Program-made: the position numbers and the translations under genes
Source: an uncultured Chloroflexia bacterium
GTDB lineage: Bacteria; Chloroflexota; Limnocylindria; Limnocylindrales; CSP1-4
DNA: 64,000 nucleotides
Direction of reading: 5' to 3'
Assembly: GCA_963717255.1 (NCBI GenBank)
Contig: CAVQVT010000014.1
Location: 8,751 to 72,750, forward strand
Part shown: piece after piece, positions 38,819 through 46,722 of the stretch
Numbering within the stretch: the stretch's first letter is position 1
Layout of the letters: the number at the start of each line of letters is the position of its first letter
Notes under the pieces: generated by a model
Told to the model about the DNA's origin: nothing
Database searches by the model: none
Seen by the model: the letters and a program-made list of their open reading frames with translations, nothing else

Positions 38819-38991
38819 TCACATCGTCGTTGGCAGGAGATCAGGCAGCAGGACGATCGCCACACCCACCGTTGTCAGTGCGACCCCGACGGTCTGGCTG
38901 AGGCGCCGGCCGACGGGCAGGGCCTTCTCGGCAAGGACGAGCAGCGCCACGATGGCCATCGCGGCGACGTTCATGATCCCGAGGGGATAAC
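38819..38991 (-). pseudogene. C-terminal stump of a DUF2182-like metal-binding integral membrane protein
   Basis: ..YPLGIMNVAAMAIVALLVLAEKALPVGRRLSQTVGVALTTVGVAIVLL.. matches my recollection of the last two helices of DUF2182. The frame closes immediately upstream, next to the hydrolase stop. No N-terminal part is present. Confidence 0.5.
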
Positions 38992-38995
38992 GCGC

Positions 38996-39793
38996 TCAGC
39001 TCGTGAGCGGGGTCGCGGGCAGCACCACGGAGAGCTCCGCGAGCAGCGCCTTCAGCGCCGGGAGCATGAGGTCCGGGCGCTCCAGGACACCGACATGGTC
39101 GGCACCGGGCACCACGACGAGCCGGGCACTCGGTGGAAGGGATGGCACGGTCCAGCCTTCGATCTCCACCTCGCCCCAGGCGAAGAGCGCGGGCACCGCG
39201 AGTTCGGTAAGTCGCTCGGGGATCGGCTCGACCAGGTTCCAGCCGCGCATCCAGGCCGCCATTGCCAGAGGATCGGCCTGGCTCACGAGGCGGGCCCGCT
39301 CGGGTCGGCCCTCGTCCTCGAGCTTGGCCACCAGCCTCGCCATCCCATCGCGCTCAATGAACTGCGCCCGCGTGTCGTCCGAGTCGCTCTCGGTCGGCAG
39401 ATCGGCGAATCCCACCGCCTCCGGGTCCGAGCCGATCGCAGCGACAGCGTCGACGCGATCGGGGTAGCAGGCGGCCGTGCGGAGCGCCGTGTTGGCACCC
39501 AGCGAGAAGCCGCAGACGGCCGCCGACGAGAGCCCGACCTCGTCGAGGACGGCAACGACGTCGGTGGCGAGACGCGAGAACCGATAGGCATTCGGGTCGT
39601 GCGGCTTGTCACTCTGGCCGTGCCCGCGGAGGTCGATCAGGACGAGCTGATGGTCGTCGCGGAGGCCATCGATGTAGCCGTCGATCCGCCAGAGTTCCGA
39701 CGACGTGTACCCGCCGTGGAGGAGGACCAGGGGCGGTCCGCTCCCTTCGAGCTCGAAGTGGATCGTCAGGCCCGAGCGTCGCGTCGTCGGCAT
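38996..39793 (-). CDS. alpha/beta-hydrolase fold protein
   Basis: ATG at 39793. PPLVLLHGG, LIDLRGHGQSDKP, nucleophile elbow GFSLGAN, and C-terminal VVPGADHVG. The annotated start at 40075 lies inside module R4 and is rejected. Confidence 0.8.
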   Translation of the reverse strand: MPTTRRSGLTIHFELEGSGPPLVLLHGGYTSSELWRIDGYIDGLRDDHQLVLIDLRGHGQSDKPHDPNAYRFSRLATDVVAVLDEVGLSSAAVCGFSLGANTALRTAACYPDRVDAVAAIGSDPEAVGFADLPTESDSDDTRAQFIERDGMARLVAKLEDEGRPERARLVSQADPLAMAAWMRGWNLVEPIPERLTELAVPALFAWGEVEIEGWTVPSLPPSARLVVVPGADHVGVLERPDLMLPALKALLAELSVVLPATPLTS

Positions 39794-40023
39794 CGGGGTT
39801 TGGCTCCGTCCTCGAGGATGCGTCCTGAGGACCGGAGCATGCCACGCGGGGGGAGGCGGCACCAGCGGGGGACCGCGGCGGTCGCTCGTGCCCGAACGAG
39901 CGTGGCGTCGTAGACGTCGCTGCCAGGTCTGGGTCACTGAGCGTTGTAGCGGCGAACGCAGGCGCTGTCGAGGGCCGCGGCAGGCCCTATGAGTGTCCGG
40001 CGGTCGCAGGCTGCGTGTCGCCC

Positions 40024-40175
40024 TGAGCACCAACCGAGGAAGTGGAGCGGCAGACGGGTCTCGAACCCGCGACATTCAGCTTGGAAGGCCGGGACGCCTG
40101 AGCGTTGTGGCACCGTGCTCAGGGGCCCGAGCGTAACGTGTCCAGTTATCGTGTCGTCACGGGGGCGGTCCAGTG
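40024..40175 (-). repeat. junction module R4 (orphan tRNA-Gly 3' half at 40053-40098 plus conserved arms)
   Basis: The core has 1 mismatch. Left arm CGTGTCGCCCTGAGCACCAACC (shares a further ~12 nt, CAGGCTGCGTGT, with R2). Right arm ..CACCGTGCTCAGGGGCCCGAGCGTAACGTGTCCAGTTATCGTGTCGTCACGGGGG. Confidence 0.85.
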
Positions 40176-40341
40176 GCTCGCGGGCATCCCCTCGCCTGAC
40201 CGCGATCCGGGCGTCGCGGGGCGTCTATAGTCGGGGGACGCACCCCGTTCGGCAGGTGTCGGTCGCGAAGCGGGTTGCCTGACTGTGCTACCTACCGGTC
40301 GCTGCCCACGCTCGCCCGTTGCACGCGCCAAGGAGGACCCG

Positions 40342-42693
40342 ATGCCGATCGTCGAATACCCCGCGGGAGCACCCTTCCCCGGCGTGATCGGTCGAACCGC
40401 CGACGAGTCGAGCCCGGCCTGGCCGGCGCCGACGCGGGCGCAGAAGGGCACCCCGAACGTCCTGTTCGTCGTACTCGACGACACCGGGTTCGGACAGCTC
40501 GGCTGCTACGGCAGCCCGATCGAGACGCCGAACTTCGACGCACTCGCGGCGGACGGCCTGCGCTTCAACAACATGCACACGACGGCGCTGTGCTCGCCGA
40601 GTCGCGCCTGCATCGTCACCGGGCGCAACCACCACAGCAACGGCATGGCGTGCATCACCGAGTTCGCCACCGGCTACCCGGGCTACAACGGGATCATGCC
40701 GTTCGAGAATGGGATGCTCTCAGAGATGCTGCTTGAGCACGGCTACGGCACGTACATGGTCGGCAAGTGGCACCTCACCCCGAGCGTCTACGAGACGGCC
40801 GCCGGGCCGTACGACCGCTGGCCGCTGGGGCGCGGCTTCCAGCGGTTCTACGGGTTCCTCGGCGGCGACACGAGCCAGTGGTACCCGGAGCTCGTGTACG
40901 ACAACCACCCGGTCGAGCCGCCCAGGACGCCCGAGGAGGGCTACCACCTGACCGAGGACCTGGTCGACAAGTCGATCGAGTTCATCACCGACCTCCGCCA
41001 GATCGACCCCGACAAGCCGTTCTACCTGCACCTGTGCTTCGGCGCGACCCACGCCCCGCACCACGTGCCCAAGGAGTGGGCCGACAAGTACGCTGGCCAG
41101 TTCGACGACGGCTGGGACGCCTACCGCGAGCGCGTGTTCGCCCGCCAGAAGGAGCTGGGCATCCTACCGGCCGACGCGGAGCTCTCGCGCCACGACCCGG
41201 ACGTGCCGGAGTGGGATTCACTGTCCCCGGAGGCCCGCCGGCTCTCCGCCCGGATGATGGAGGTGTTCGCCGGCTTCCTCAGCCACACCGACCACCACCT
41301 CGGCCGGCTGCTCGACTACCTGCGCGAGCAGGGCGTCCTCGACAACACCATCGTCATGGTCATCAGCGACAACGGCGCCAGCGCCGAGGGCGGCCCGGGC
41401 GGGACGACGAACGAGGCCCAGTTCTTCAACAACGCCCAGGAGACGCTCGAGGAGAGCCTGGCCGTCATCGACCAGATCGGCGGCCCCGAGCACTTCAACC
41501 ACTACCCCTGGGGCTGGACGTTCGCGGGCAACACGCCGTTCCGGCGCTGGAAGCGCGAGACGTACCGCGGCGGCTCGACCGACCCGTTCATCGTGTCCTG
41601 GCCCAAGGGCGTCATGGCGCGCGGCGAGGTTCGCACCCAGTACGCCCACATCATCGACATGGTGCCGACGGTCCTCGACCTCCTCGGCATCGAGCCTCCG
41701 AGAGCGATCCGCGGGGTCACCCAGGCGCCGATCGAGGGCGTGAGCTTCGCCCACGCGCTCGACGATCCCTCAGCGCCCAGCCGCCACCACGTCCAGTACT
41801 TCGAGATGCTCGGCCACCGCGCCATCTACAAGGATGGCTGGCGAGCGGTCTGCCCGTGGCCAGGCCCCTCGTTCGCCGAGGCCGGCACGGGCTTCGGCAA
41901 CCCGATCTCGGCCGAGACGCTCACGAAGCTCGACGCCACCGGCTGGGAGCTCTACCACATCGACGAGGACCCGGCCGAGAACCACAATCTGGCGGCAGAC
42001 AACCGCGAGAAGCTGATCGAGTTGATCGGCACCTGGTACGTCGAGGCCGGCAAGTACGAGGTGATGCCGGTCGACGGCTCGGGTCTCGCCCGGATGATCG
42101 TCGAGAAGCCGCTCGTCGCGGTCCCTCGCAACCAGTACACGTACGTGCCCGGGACCCAGTCGATCCCGAACTTCGCCGCGCCGCGCCTGCATAACCGTCC
42201 GCACAGCATCACCGCGACCGTGGTCATCCCGGAGGGCGGCGCCGAGGGCGTCCTGTTCTGTCAGGGGACGGCGGCCGGCGGCTACTCCCTGTACGTCAAG
42301 GGCGGTCGGCTGCACTACGTCCACAACTACGTCGCCCGGCAGCGGTTCACGGTCTCGTCACCCGACGCGCTCCCGTCCGGCCGGCATGAGCTGCGCTTCG
42401 AGTTCGAACCCACCGGCCAGCCCGACATGGCGCACGGCCACGGTGCCCCCGGCCGGCTCCAGCTCTACGTCGATGGGGCGCTGGTCGCGAGCGCCGACGT
42501 CCCGTACACCACGCCGTTCATGTTCAACCCGGGCGGCGTCAGCTGCGGCCACAACCCGGGGTCCCCGGTGACCCCGGAGTACACGAGTCCGTTCAAGTTC
42601 ACCGGGGGCCTCGAGAAGGTCGTGGTGGACGTCAGCGGCGAGCTGATCGTGGATCCCGAGGCTGAGCTCAGGATGCACATGGCGCGCCAGTAG
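40342..42693 (+). CDS. arylsulfatase (type I, formylglycine-dependent)
   Basis: AAGGAGGA RBS. NVLFVVLDDTGFGQLGCYGS. FGly motif CSPSRACIVTGRNHH. GKWHL, and later SDNGAS. About 780 aa. Confidence 0.9.
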   Translation: MPIVEYPAGAPFPGVIGRTADESSPAWPAPTRAQKGTPNVLFVVLDDTGFGQLGCYGSPIETPNFDALAADGLRFNNMHTTALCSPSRACIVTGRNHHSNGMACITEFATGYPGYNGIMPFENGMLSEMLLEHGYGTYMVGKWHLTPSVYETAAGPYDRWPLGRGFQRFYGFLGGDTSQWYPELVYDNHPVEPPRTPEEGYHLTEDLVDKSIEFITDLRQIDPDKPFYLHLCFGATHAPHHVPKEWADKYAGQFDDGWDAYRERVFARQKELGILPADAELSRHDPDVPEWDSLSPEARRLSARMMEVFAGFLSHTDHHLGRLLDYLREQGVLDNTIVMVISDNGASAEGGPGGTTNEAQFFNNAQETLEESLAVIDQIGGPEHFNHYPWGWTFAGNTPFRRWKRETYRGGSTDPFIVSWPKGVMARGEVRTQYAHIIDMVPTVLDLLGIEPPRAIRGVTQAPIEGVSFAHALDDPSAPSRHHVQYFEMLGHRAIYKDGWRAVCPWPGPSFAEAGTGFGNPISAETLTKLDATGWELYHIDEDPAENHNLAADNREKLIELIGTWYVEAGKYEVMPVDGSGLARMIVEKPLVAVPRNQYTYVPGTQSIPNFAAPRLHNRPHSITATVVIPEGGAEGVLFCQGTAAGGYSLYVKGGRLHYVHNYVARQRFTVSSPDALPSGRHELRFEFEPTGQPDMAHGHGAPGRLQLYVDGALVASADVPYTTPFMFNPGGVSCGHNPGSPVTPEYTSPFKFTGGLEKVVVDVSGELIVDPEAELRMHMARQ

Positions 42694-42781
42694 GCGGCCG
42701 GACGTTCCCACCCACCCGGGGAGTCATGACAAGGAGGGTCAACTTCCTGGACCCGTGACCTCCAGGACTCTGGGTGCCGGG

Positions 42782-42935
42782 CGTGTCGTGCTGAGCACGA
42801 AACCGAGGGCTGGAGCGGGAGACGGGTCTCGAACCCGCGACATTCAGCTTGGAAGGCCTCGGCGACTATGCGTCACAGCATCGTGCTCAGGAGCCCGAGC
42901 TTAGGCGTGTCCAGTTATCGTGTCGTCGTGGGGGG
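42782..42935 (-). repeat. junction module R5 (orphan tRNA-Gly 3' half at 42811-42856 plus conserved arms)
   Basis: The core is identical to the tRNA. Left arm CGTGTCGTGCTGAGCACGAAACC. Right arm ..CATCGTGCTCAGGAGCCCGAGCTTAGGCGTGTCCAGTTATCGTGTCGTCGTGGGGGG. Confidence 0.85.
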
Positions 42936-43158
42936 CGTGTGAGCCCTGGTCGCGGTCGATCGCGATGACCATGGTCGCCGAGGCGCTACCGCCCCACCGG
43001 CCCGCCTGACGGCTCGCGGCTCGACCTTCATGCCGAACGCCTCTGGCGGGCCCGGGCACGCCCTGCTGGAGTGATCTCAGGCGACTGGGCCGCCACCAGC
43101 GGTCCGTTCCAACCCTGCCATCGGTGGCTCGGCCCCCCGGCACAAGCGGCGGCAGATC

Positions 43159-43845
43159 GTGAACGCGAAGCCAAGTGTCGCGTCCCTCCTCCTCGGGTTC
43201 GTCCTCGCAGCGTGCGCGAGCACTTCCACGACCCAGGCGCCGGCGGCCGCGCTCGCCACCTCGATGGCCACGCCCACCGCCTCGCCCGAGCTGACCGAAC
43301 CCCCGACACCAACGCCGAAACCCACAACCACGGCGACTCCGGTTGTCGGGCCGACAGCGACACCGAATCCGACGCCAACGCCGAAACCCGTGGCGGGCTG
43401 GCCCTCCGTCAGCCGGGCGGGGATCACCATGGCCGGCGCCGTCGAAGACTCCGCTGGGACGGACGGTCGCCTCCGACTCTCGATCACCGTGGCCGGGCTT
43501 GCGCCGGGCGAAGTCGTCTCACTCAGTGCCGCGGGGAGGTACGACATCCTCGAATGGATCTGCGGGACCGCGCCCGAGCCGTGCGGCGACCTCGGGTGTG
43601 GGCCCGGCACCTACCGCGAGACGGAGGGGACAGCCACGGCCGCCGCTCAGGCGGTCGCCGGTACCGACGGCACGGTCGCCGCCCGGGTCTCGCTCGTCGC
43701 CGCACCCCCTGCCGAGTCCTGCCCCACGGACACCAGTTCGCCGTGGGTGGCGAAGCACGAACGATGGGAGAAGGTGAGCATCGCGGACTCCGCCCATGGC
43801 CTCCTCCTGACCCCAGAGACGATCGAGCGGGGCTTCACCTACTGA
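43159..43845 (+). CDS. hypothetical lipoprotein, copy 1 of 3 (Pro/Thr-rich linker plus Cys-containing C-terminal domain)
   Basis: GTG start. Lipobox LGFVLAAC. Linker ..TEPPTPTPKPTTTATPVVGPTATPNPTPTPKP... The domain has 5 Cys (WICGTAPEPCGDLGCGPG..ESCPTD). No family was recognised. Confidence 0.7.
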   Translation: MNAKPSVASLLLGFVLAACASTSTTQAPAAALATSMATPTASPELTEPPTPTPKPTTTATPVVGPTATPNPTPTPKPVAGWPSVSRAGITMAGAVEDSAGTDGRLRLSITVAGLAPGEVVSLSAAGRYDILEWICGTAPEPCGDLGCGPGTYRETEGTATAAAQAVAGTDGTVAARVSLVAAPPAESCPTDTSSPWVAKHERWEKVSIADSAHGLLLTPETIERGFTY

Positions 43846-43892
43846 CGCGGCCTCGCACCGGGCGTGGCACCGCGGCGTGGCACCGGGGAGCG

Positions 43893-43949
43893 GGACGGGA
43901 CGGGCACTGGGCCATCCGGGCGTTCGTCGCGAACGCATCTGTCCCGTCC
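43893..43949 (+). terminator. nested GC-rich hairpin downstream of the lipoprotein gene (no U-tract); repeated in each cassette copy
   Basis: The outer stem is GGACGGGAC (43893-43901) / GTCCCGTCC (43941-43949). It encloses the hairpin GCGTTCG-tcg-CGAACGC (43920-43936). The same structure occurs at 46359-46415. Confidence 0.3.
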
Positions 43950-44015
43950 GCCAGCGCTACAGCACTCAATTCGGCCGCATCACCCGCTCGTCGAGATAGC
44001 CGGCCGTCCGGCTAC

Positions 44016-44168
44016 CGTGTCGTCCTGAGCACGAAACCGGGCTCTGGAGCGGGAAACGGTCTCGAACCCGCGACATTCAGCTTGGAAGGCCTCGGCGACT
44101 ATGCGTCACAGCATCGTGCTCAGGAGCCCGAGCTTAGCGTGTCCAGTTATCGTGTCGTCGTGGGGGGC
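44016..44168 (-). repeat. junction module R6 (orphan tRNA-Gly 3' half at 44046-44090 plus conserved arms)
   Basis: The core has 1 substitution and a 1-nt deletion (GGGAAACGGTCTC). The arms are as in R5/R7. Confidence 0.85.
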
Positions 44169-44388
44169 GTGTGGAGCCCTGGTCGCGGTCGATCGCGATG
44201 ACCATGGTCGCCGAGGCGCTACCGCCCCACCGGCCCGCCTGACGGCTCGCGGCTCGACCTTCATGCCGAACGCCTCTGGCGGGCCCGGGCACGCCTGCTG
44301 GAGTGATCTCAGGCGACCGGGCCGCCACCAGCGGTCCGTTCAACCCTCCATCGGTGGCTCGGCCCCCCGGCACAAGCGGCGGCAGATC

Positions 44389-45076
44389 GTGAACGCGAAG
44401 CCAAGTGTCGCGTCCCTCCTCCTCGGGTTCGTCCTCGCAGCGTGCGCGAGCACTTCCACGACCCAGGCGCCGGCGGCCGCGCTCGCCACCTCGATGGCCA
44501 CGCCCACCGCCTCGCCCGAGCTGACCGAACCCCCGACACCAACGCCGAAACCCACAACCACGGCGACTCCGGTTATCGGGCCGACGGCGACACCGAATCC
44601 GACGCCAACGCCGAAACCCGTGGCGGGCTGGCCCTCCGTCAGCCGGGCGGGGATCACCATGGCCGGCGCCGTCGAAGACTCCGCTGGGACGGACGGTCGC
44701 CTCCGACTCTCGATCACCGTGGCCGGGCTTGCGCGGGCGAAGTCGATCTCACTCAGTGCCGCGGGGAGGTACGACATCCTCGAATGGATCTGCGGGACCG
44801 CGCCGAGCCGTGCGGCGACCTCGGGTGTGTGGCCAGGCACCTACCGCGAGACGGAGGGGACAGCCACGGCGGCCGCTCAGGCGGTCGCCGGTACCGACGG
44901 CACGGTCGCCGCCCGGGTCTCGCTCGTCGCCGCACCCCCTGCCGAGTCCTGCCCCACGGACCCCAGTTCGCCGTGGGTGGCGAAGCACGAACGATGGGAG
45001 AAGGTGGAGCATCGCGGACTCCGCCCATGGCCTCCTCCTGACCCCAGAGACGATCGAGCGGGGCTTCACCTACTGA
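44389..45076 (+). pseudogene. lipoprotein copy 2 of 3, disrupted by several indels
   Basis: Same gene as 43159..43845. Two deletion/insertion pairs locally scramble the frame and then restore it (GLAPGEVVSLS to GLARAKSISLS; APEPCGDLGCGPG to APSRAATSGVWPG). One uncompensated inserted G (gagaaggtg-g-agc) removes the normal C-terminus. Confidence 0.65.
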
Positions 45077-45245
45077 CGCGGCCTCGCACCGGGCGTGGCA
45101 CCGCGGCGTGGCACCGGGGAGCGGGACGGGACGGGCACTGGGCTATCCGGGCGTTCGTCGCGAACGCATCTGTCCCGTCCGCCAGCGCTACAGCACTCGA
45201 TTCGGCCGCATCACCCGCTCGTCGAGATAGCCGGCCGTCCGGCTA

Positions 45246-45401
45246 CCGTGTCGTCCTGAGCACGAAACCGGGCTCTGGAGCGGGAGACGGGTCTCGAACC
45301 CGCGACATTCAGCTTGGAAGGCCTGGGACGACTGATGCGTCACAGCATCGTGCTCAGGAGCCCGAGCTTAGCGTGTCCAGTTATCGTGTCGTCGTGGGGG
45401 G
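45246..45401 (-). repeat. junction module R7 (orphan tRNA-Gly 3' half at 45276-45321 plus conserved arms)
   Basis: The core is identical to the tRNA. The arms are as in R5/R6. Confidence 0.85.
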
Positions 45402-45624
45402 CGTGTGAGCCCTGGTCGCGGTCGATCGCGATGACCATGGTCGCCGAGGCGCTACCGCCCCACCGGCCCGCCTGATGGCTCGCGGCTCGACCTTCATGCC
45501 GAACGCCTCTGGCGGGCCCGGGCACGCCCTGCTGGAGTGATCTCAGGCGACCGGGCCGCCACCAGCGGTCCGTTCCAACCCTCCCATCGGTGGCTCGGCC
45601 CCCCGGCACAAGCGGCGGCAGATC

Positions 45625-46311
45625 GTGAACGCGAAGCCAAGTGTCGCGTCCCTCCTCCTCGGGTTCGTCCTCGCAGCGTGCGCGAGCACTTCCACGACCC
45701 AGGCGCCGGCGGCCGCGCTCGCCACCTCGATGGCCACGCCCACCGCCTCGCCCGAGCTGACCGAACCCCCGACACCAACGCCGAAACCCACAACCACGGC
45801 GACTCCGGTTGTCGGGCCGACGGCGACACCGAATCCGACGCCAACGCCGAAACCCGTGGCGGGCTGGCCCTCCGTCAGCCGGGCGGGGATCACCATGGCC
45901 GGCGCCGTCGAAGACTCCGCTGGGACGGACGGTCGCCTCCGACTCTCGATCACCGTGGCCGGGCTTGCGCCGGGCGAAGTCGTCTCACTCAGTGCCGCGG
46001 GGAGGTACGACATCCTCGAATGGATCTGCGGGACCGCGCCCGAGCCGTGCGGCGACCTCGGGTGTGGGCCCGGCACCTACCGCGAGACGGAGGGGACAGC
46101 CACGGCCGCCGCTCAGGCGGTCGCCGGTACCGACGGCACGGTCGCCGCCCGGGTCTCGCTCGTCGCCGCACCCCCTGCCGAGTCCTGCCCCACGGACCCC
46201 AGTTCGCCGTGGGTGGCGAAGCACGAACGATGGGAGAAGGTGAGCATCGCGGACTCCGCCCATGGCCTCCTCCTGACCCCAGAGACGATCGAGCGGGGCT
46301 TCACCTACTGA
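45625..46311 (+). CDS. hypothetical lipoprotein, copy 3 of 3
   Basis: Differs from copy 1 by one amino acid (PTDPSS vs PTDTSS) and a few silent or flanking substitutions. Confidence 0.7.
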   Translation: MNAKPSVASLLLGFVLAACASTSTTQAPAAALATSMATPTASPELTEPPTPTPKPTTTATPVVGPTATPNPTPTPKPVAGWPSVSRAGITMAGAVEDSAGTDGRLRLSITVAGLAPGEVVSLSAAGRYDILEWICGTAPEPCGDLGCGPGTYRETEGTATAAAQAVAGTDGTVAARVSLVAAPPAESCPTDPSSPWVAKHERWEKVSIADSAHGLLLTPETIERGFTY

Positions 46312-46512
46312 CGCGGCCTCGCACCGGGCGTGGCACCGCGGCGTGGCACCGGGGAGCGGGACGGGACGGGCACTGGGCCATCCGGGCGTTCGTCGCGAAC
46401 GCATCTGTCCCGTCCGCCAGCGCTACAGCACGCGATTCGGCCGCATCACCCGCTCGTCGAGATAGCCGGCCGTCGCGGCTACCGTGTCGTCCTGAGCACG
46501 AAACCGGGGTGC

Positions 46513-46588
46513 TGGAGCGGGAGACGGGTCTCGAACCCGCGACATTCAGCTTGGAAGGCTGACGCTCTACCGACTGAGCTACTCCCGC
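46513..46588 (-). tRNA. tRNA-Gly, anticodon UCC, CCA encoded
   Basis: Sense strand: GCGGGAG-TA-GCTC-AGTCGGT-AGAGC-G-TCAGC-CTTCCAA-GCTGA-ATGTC-GCGGG-TTCGAGA-CCCGT-CTCCCGC-T-CCA. This gives a 7-bp acceptor stem, standard D, anticodon and T arms, and discriminator U. Confidence 0.93.
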
Positions 46589-46722
46589 CCGTCGCGAGGC
46601 ACCGGCGAGGGTACCACGGGGTGGCCGGGGGACGGGTCGACCAACTCGTCACCGGTGACCGCACGAGGTGAGGCTGGTGTCGGCTGATACCCTGTCGGTC
46701 TCGGGTCCCTGGGAGGACGACC

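Larger units (their letters stand above)
30945..46588 (-). mobile_element. composite accessory array anchored on tRNA-Gly(UCC): seven cassettes separated by orphan tRNA 3'-half modules, with no recombinase gene
   Basis: See the individual repeat features R1-R7 and the tRNA. All tRNA-derived cores are co-oriented with the intact gene at the right end. Confidence 0.6.

Noticed and set aside
35331-38990. 1219-aa plus-strand ORF antisense to the cyclase-ATPase regulator
   Set aside because: R/G/E/D-rich with no motifs, whereas the minus strand carries zinc-ribbon, cyclase and P-loop signatures.
30757-40075. Several minus-strand ORFs begin with the same peptide MSRVRDP(S/A)(P/A)AP.. (30757..31002, 34062..34913, 34995..38693, 38996..40075)
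   Set aside because: The shared peptide is simply the translation of the tRNA-Gly T-arm/acceptor sequence (ATGTCGCGGGTTCGAGACCCGTCTCCCGCTCCA) in the junction modules. Better starts with RBSs exist downstream for the real genes.
30970-45321. Orphan cores as tRNA pseudogenes, split tRNA genes or a tRNA-like ncRNA family
   Set aside because: Sequence upstream of each core cannot pair with the CTCCCGC acceptor strand or rebuild the anticodon stem. Identity to the tRNA stops exactly at the anticodon loop. This is the pattern of att sites, not of decayed whole genes.
30945-46588. The regularly recurring ~150-nt repeats as a CRISPR array
   Set aside because: The repeats are far too long and imperfect. 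The spacers are 1.1-3.8 kb and contain full genes. No cas genes are present.
30945-46588. A classical integron
   Set aside because: There is no IntI-like gene or attI next to the array. The repeats do not have attC-type imperfect palindromic structure. Cassette orientation is mixed, and several cassettes have their own RBS and upstream regions.
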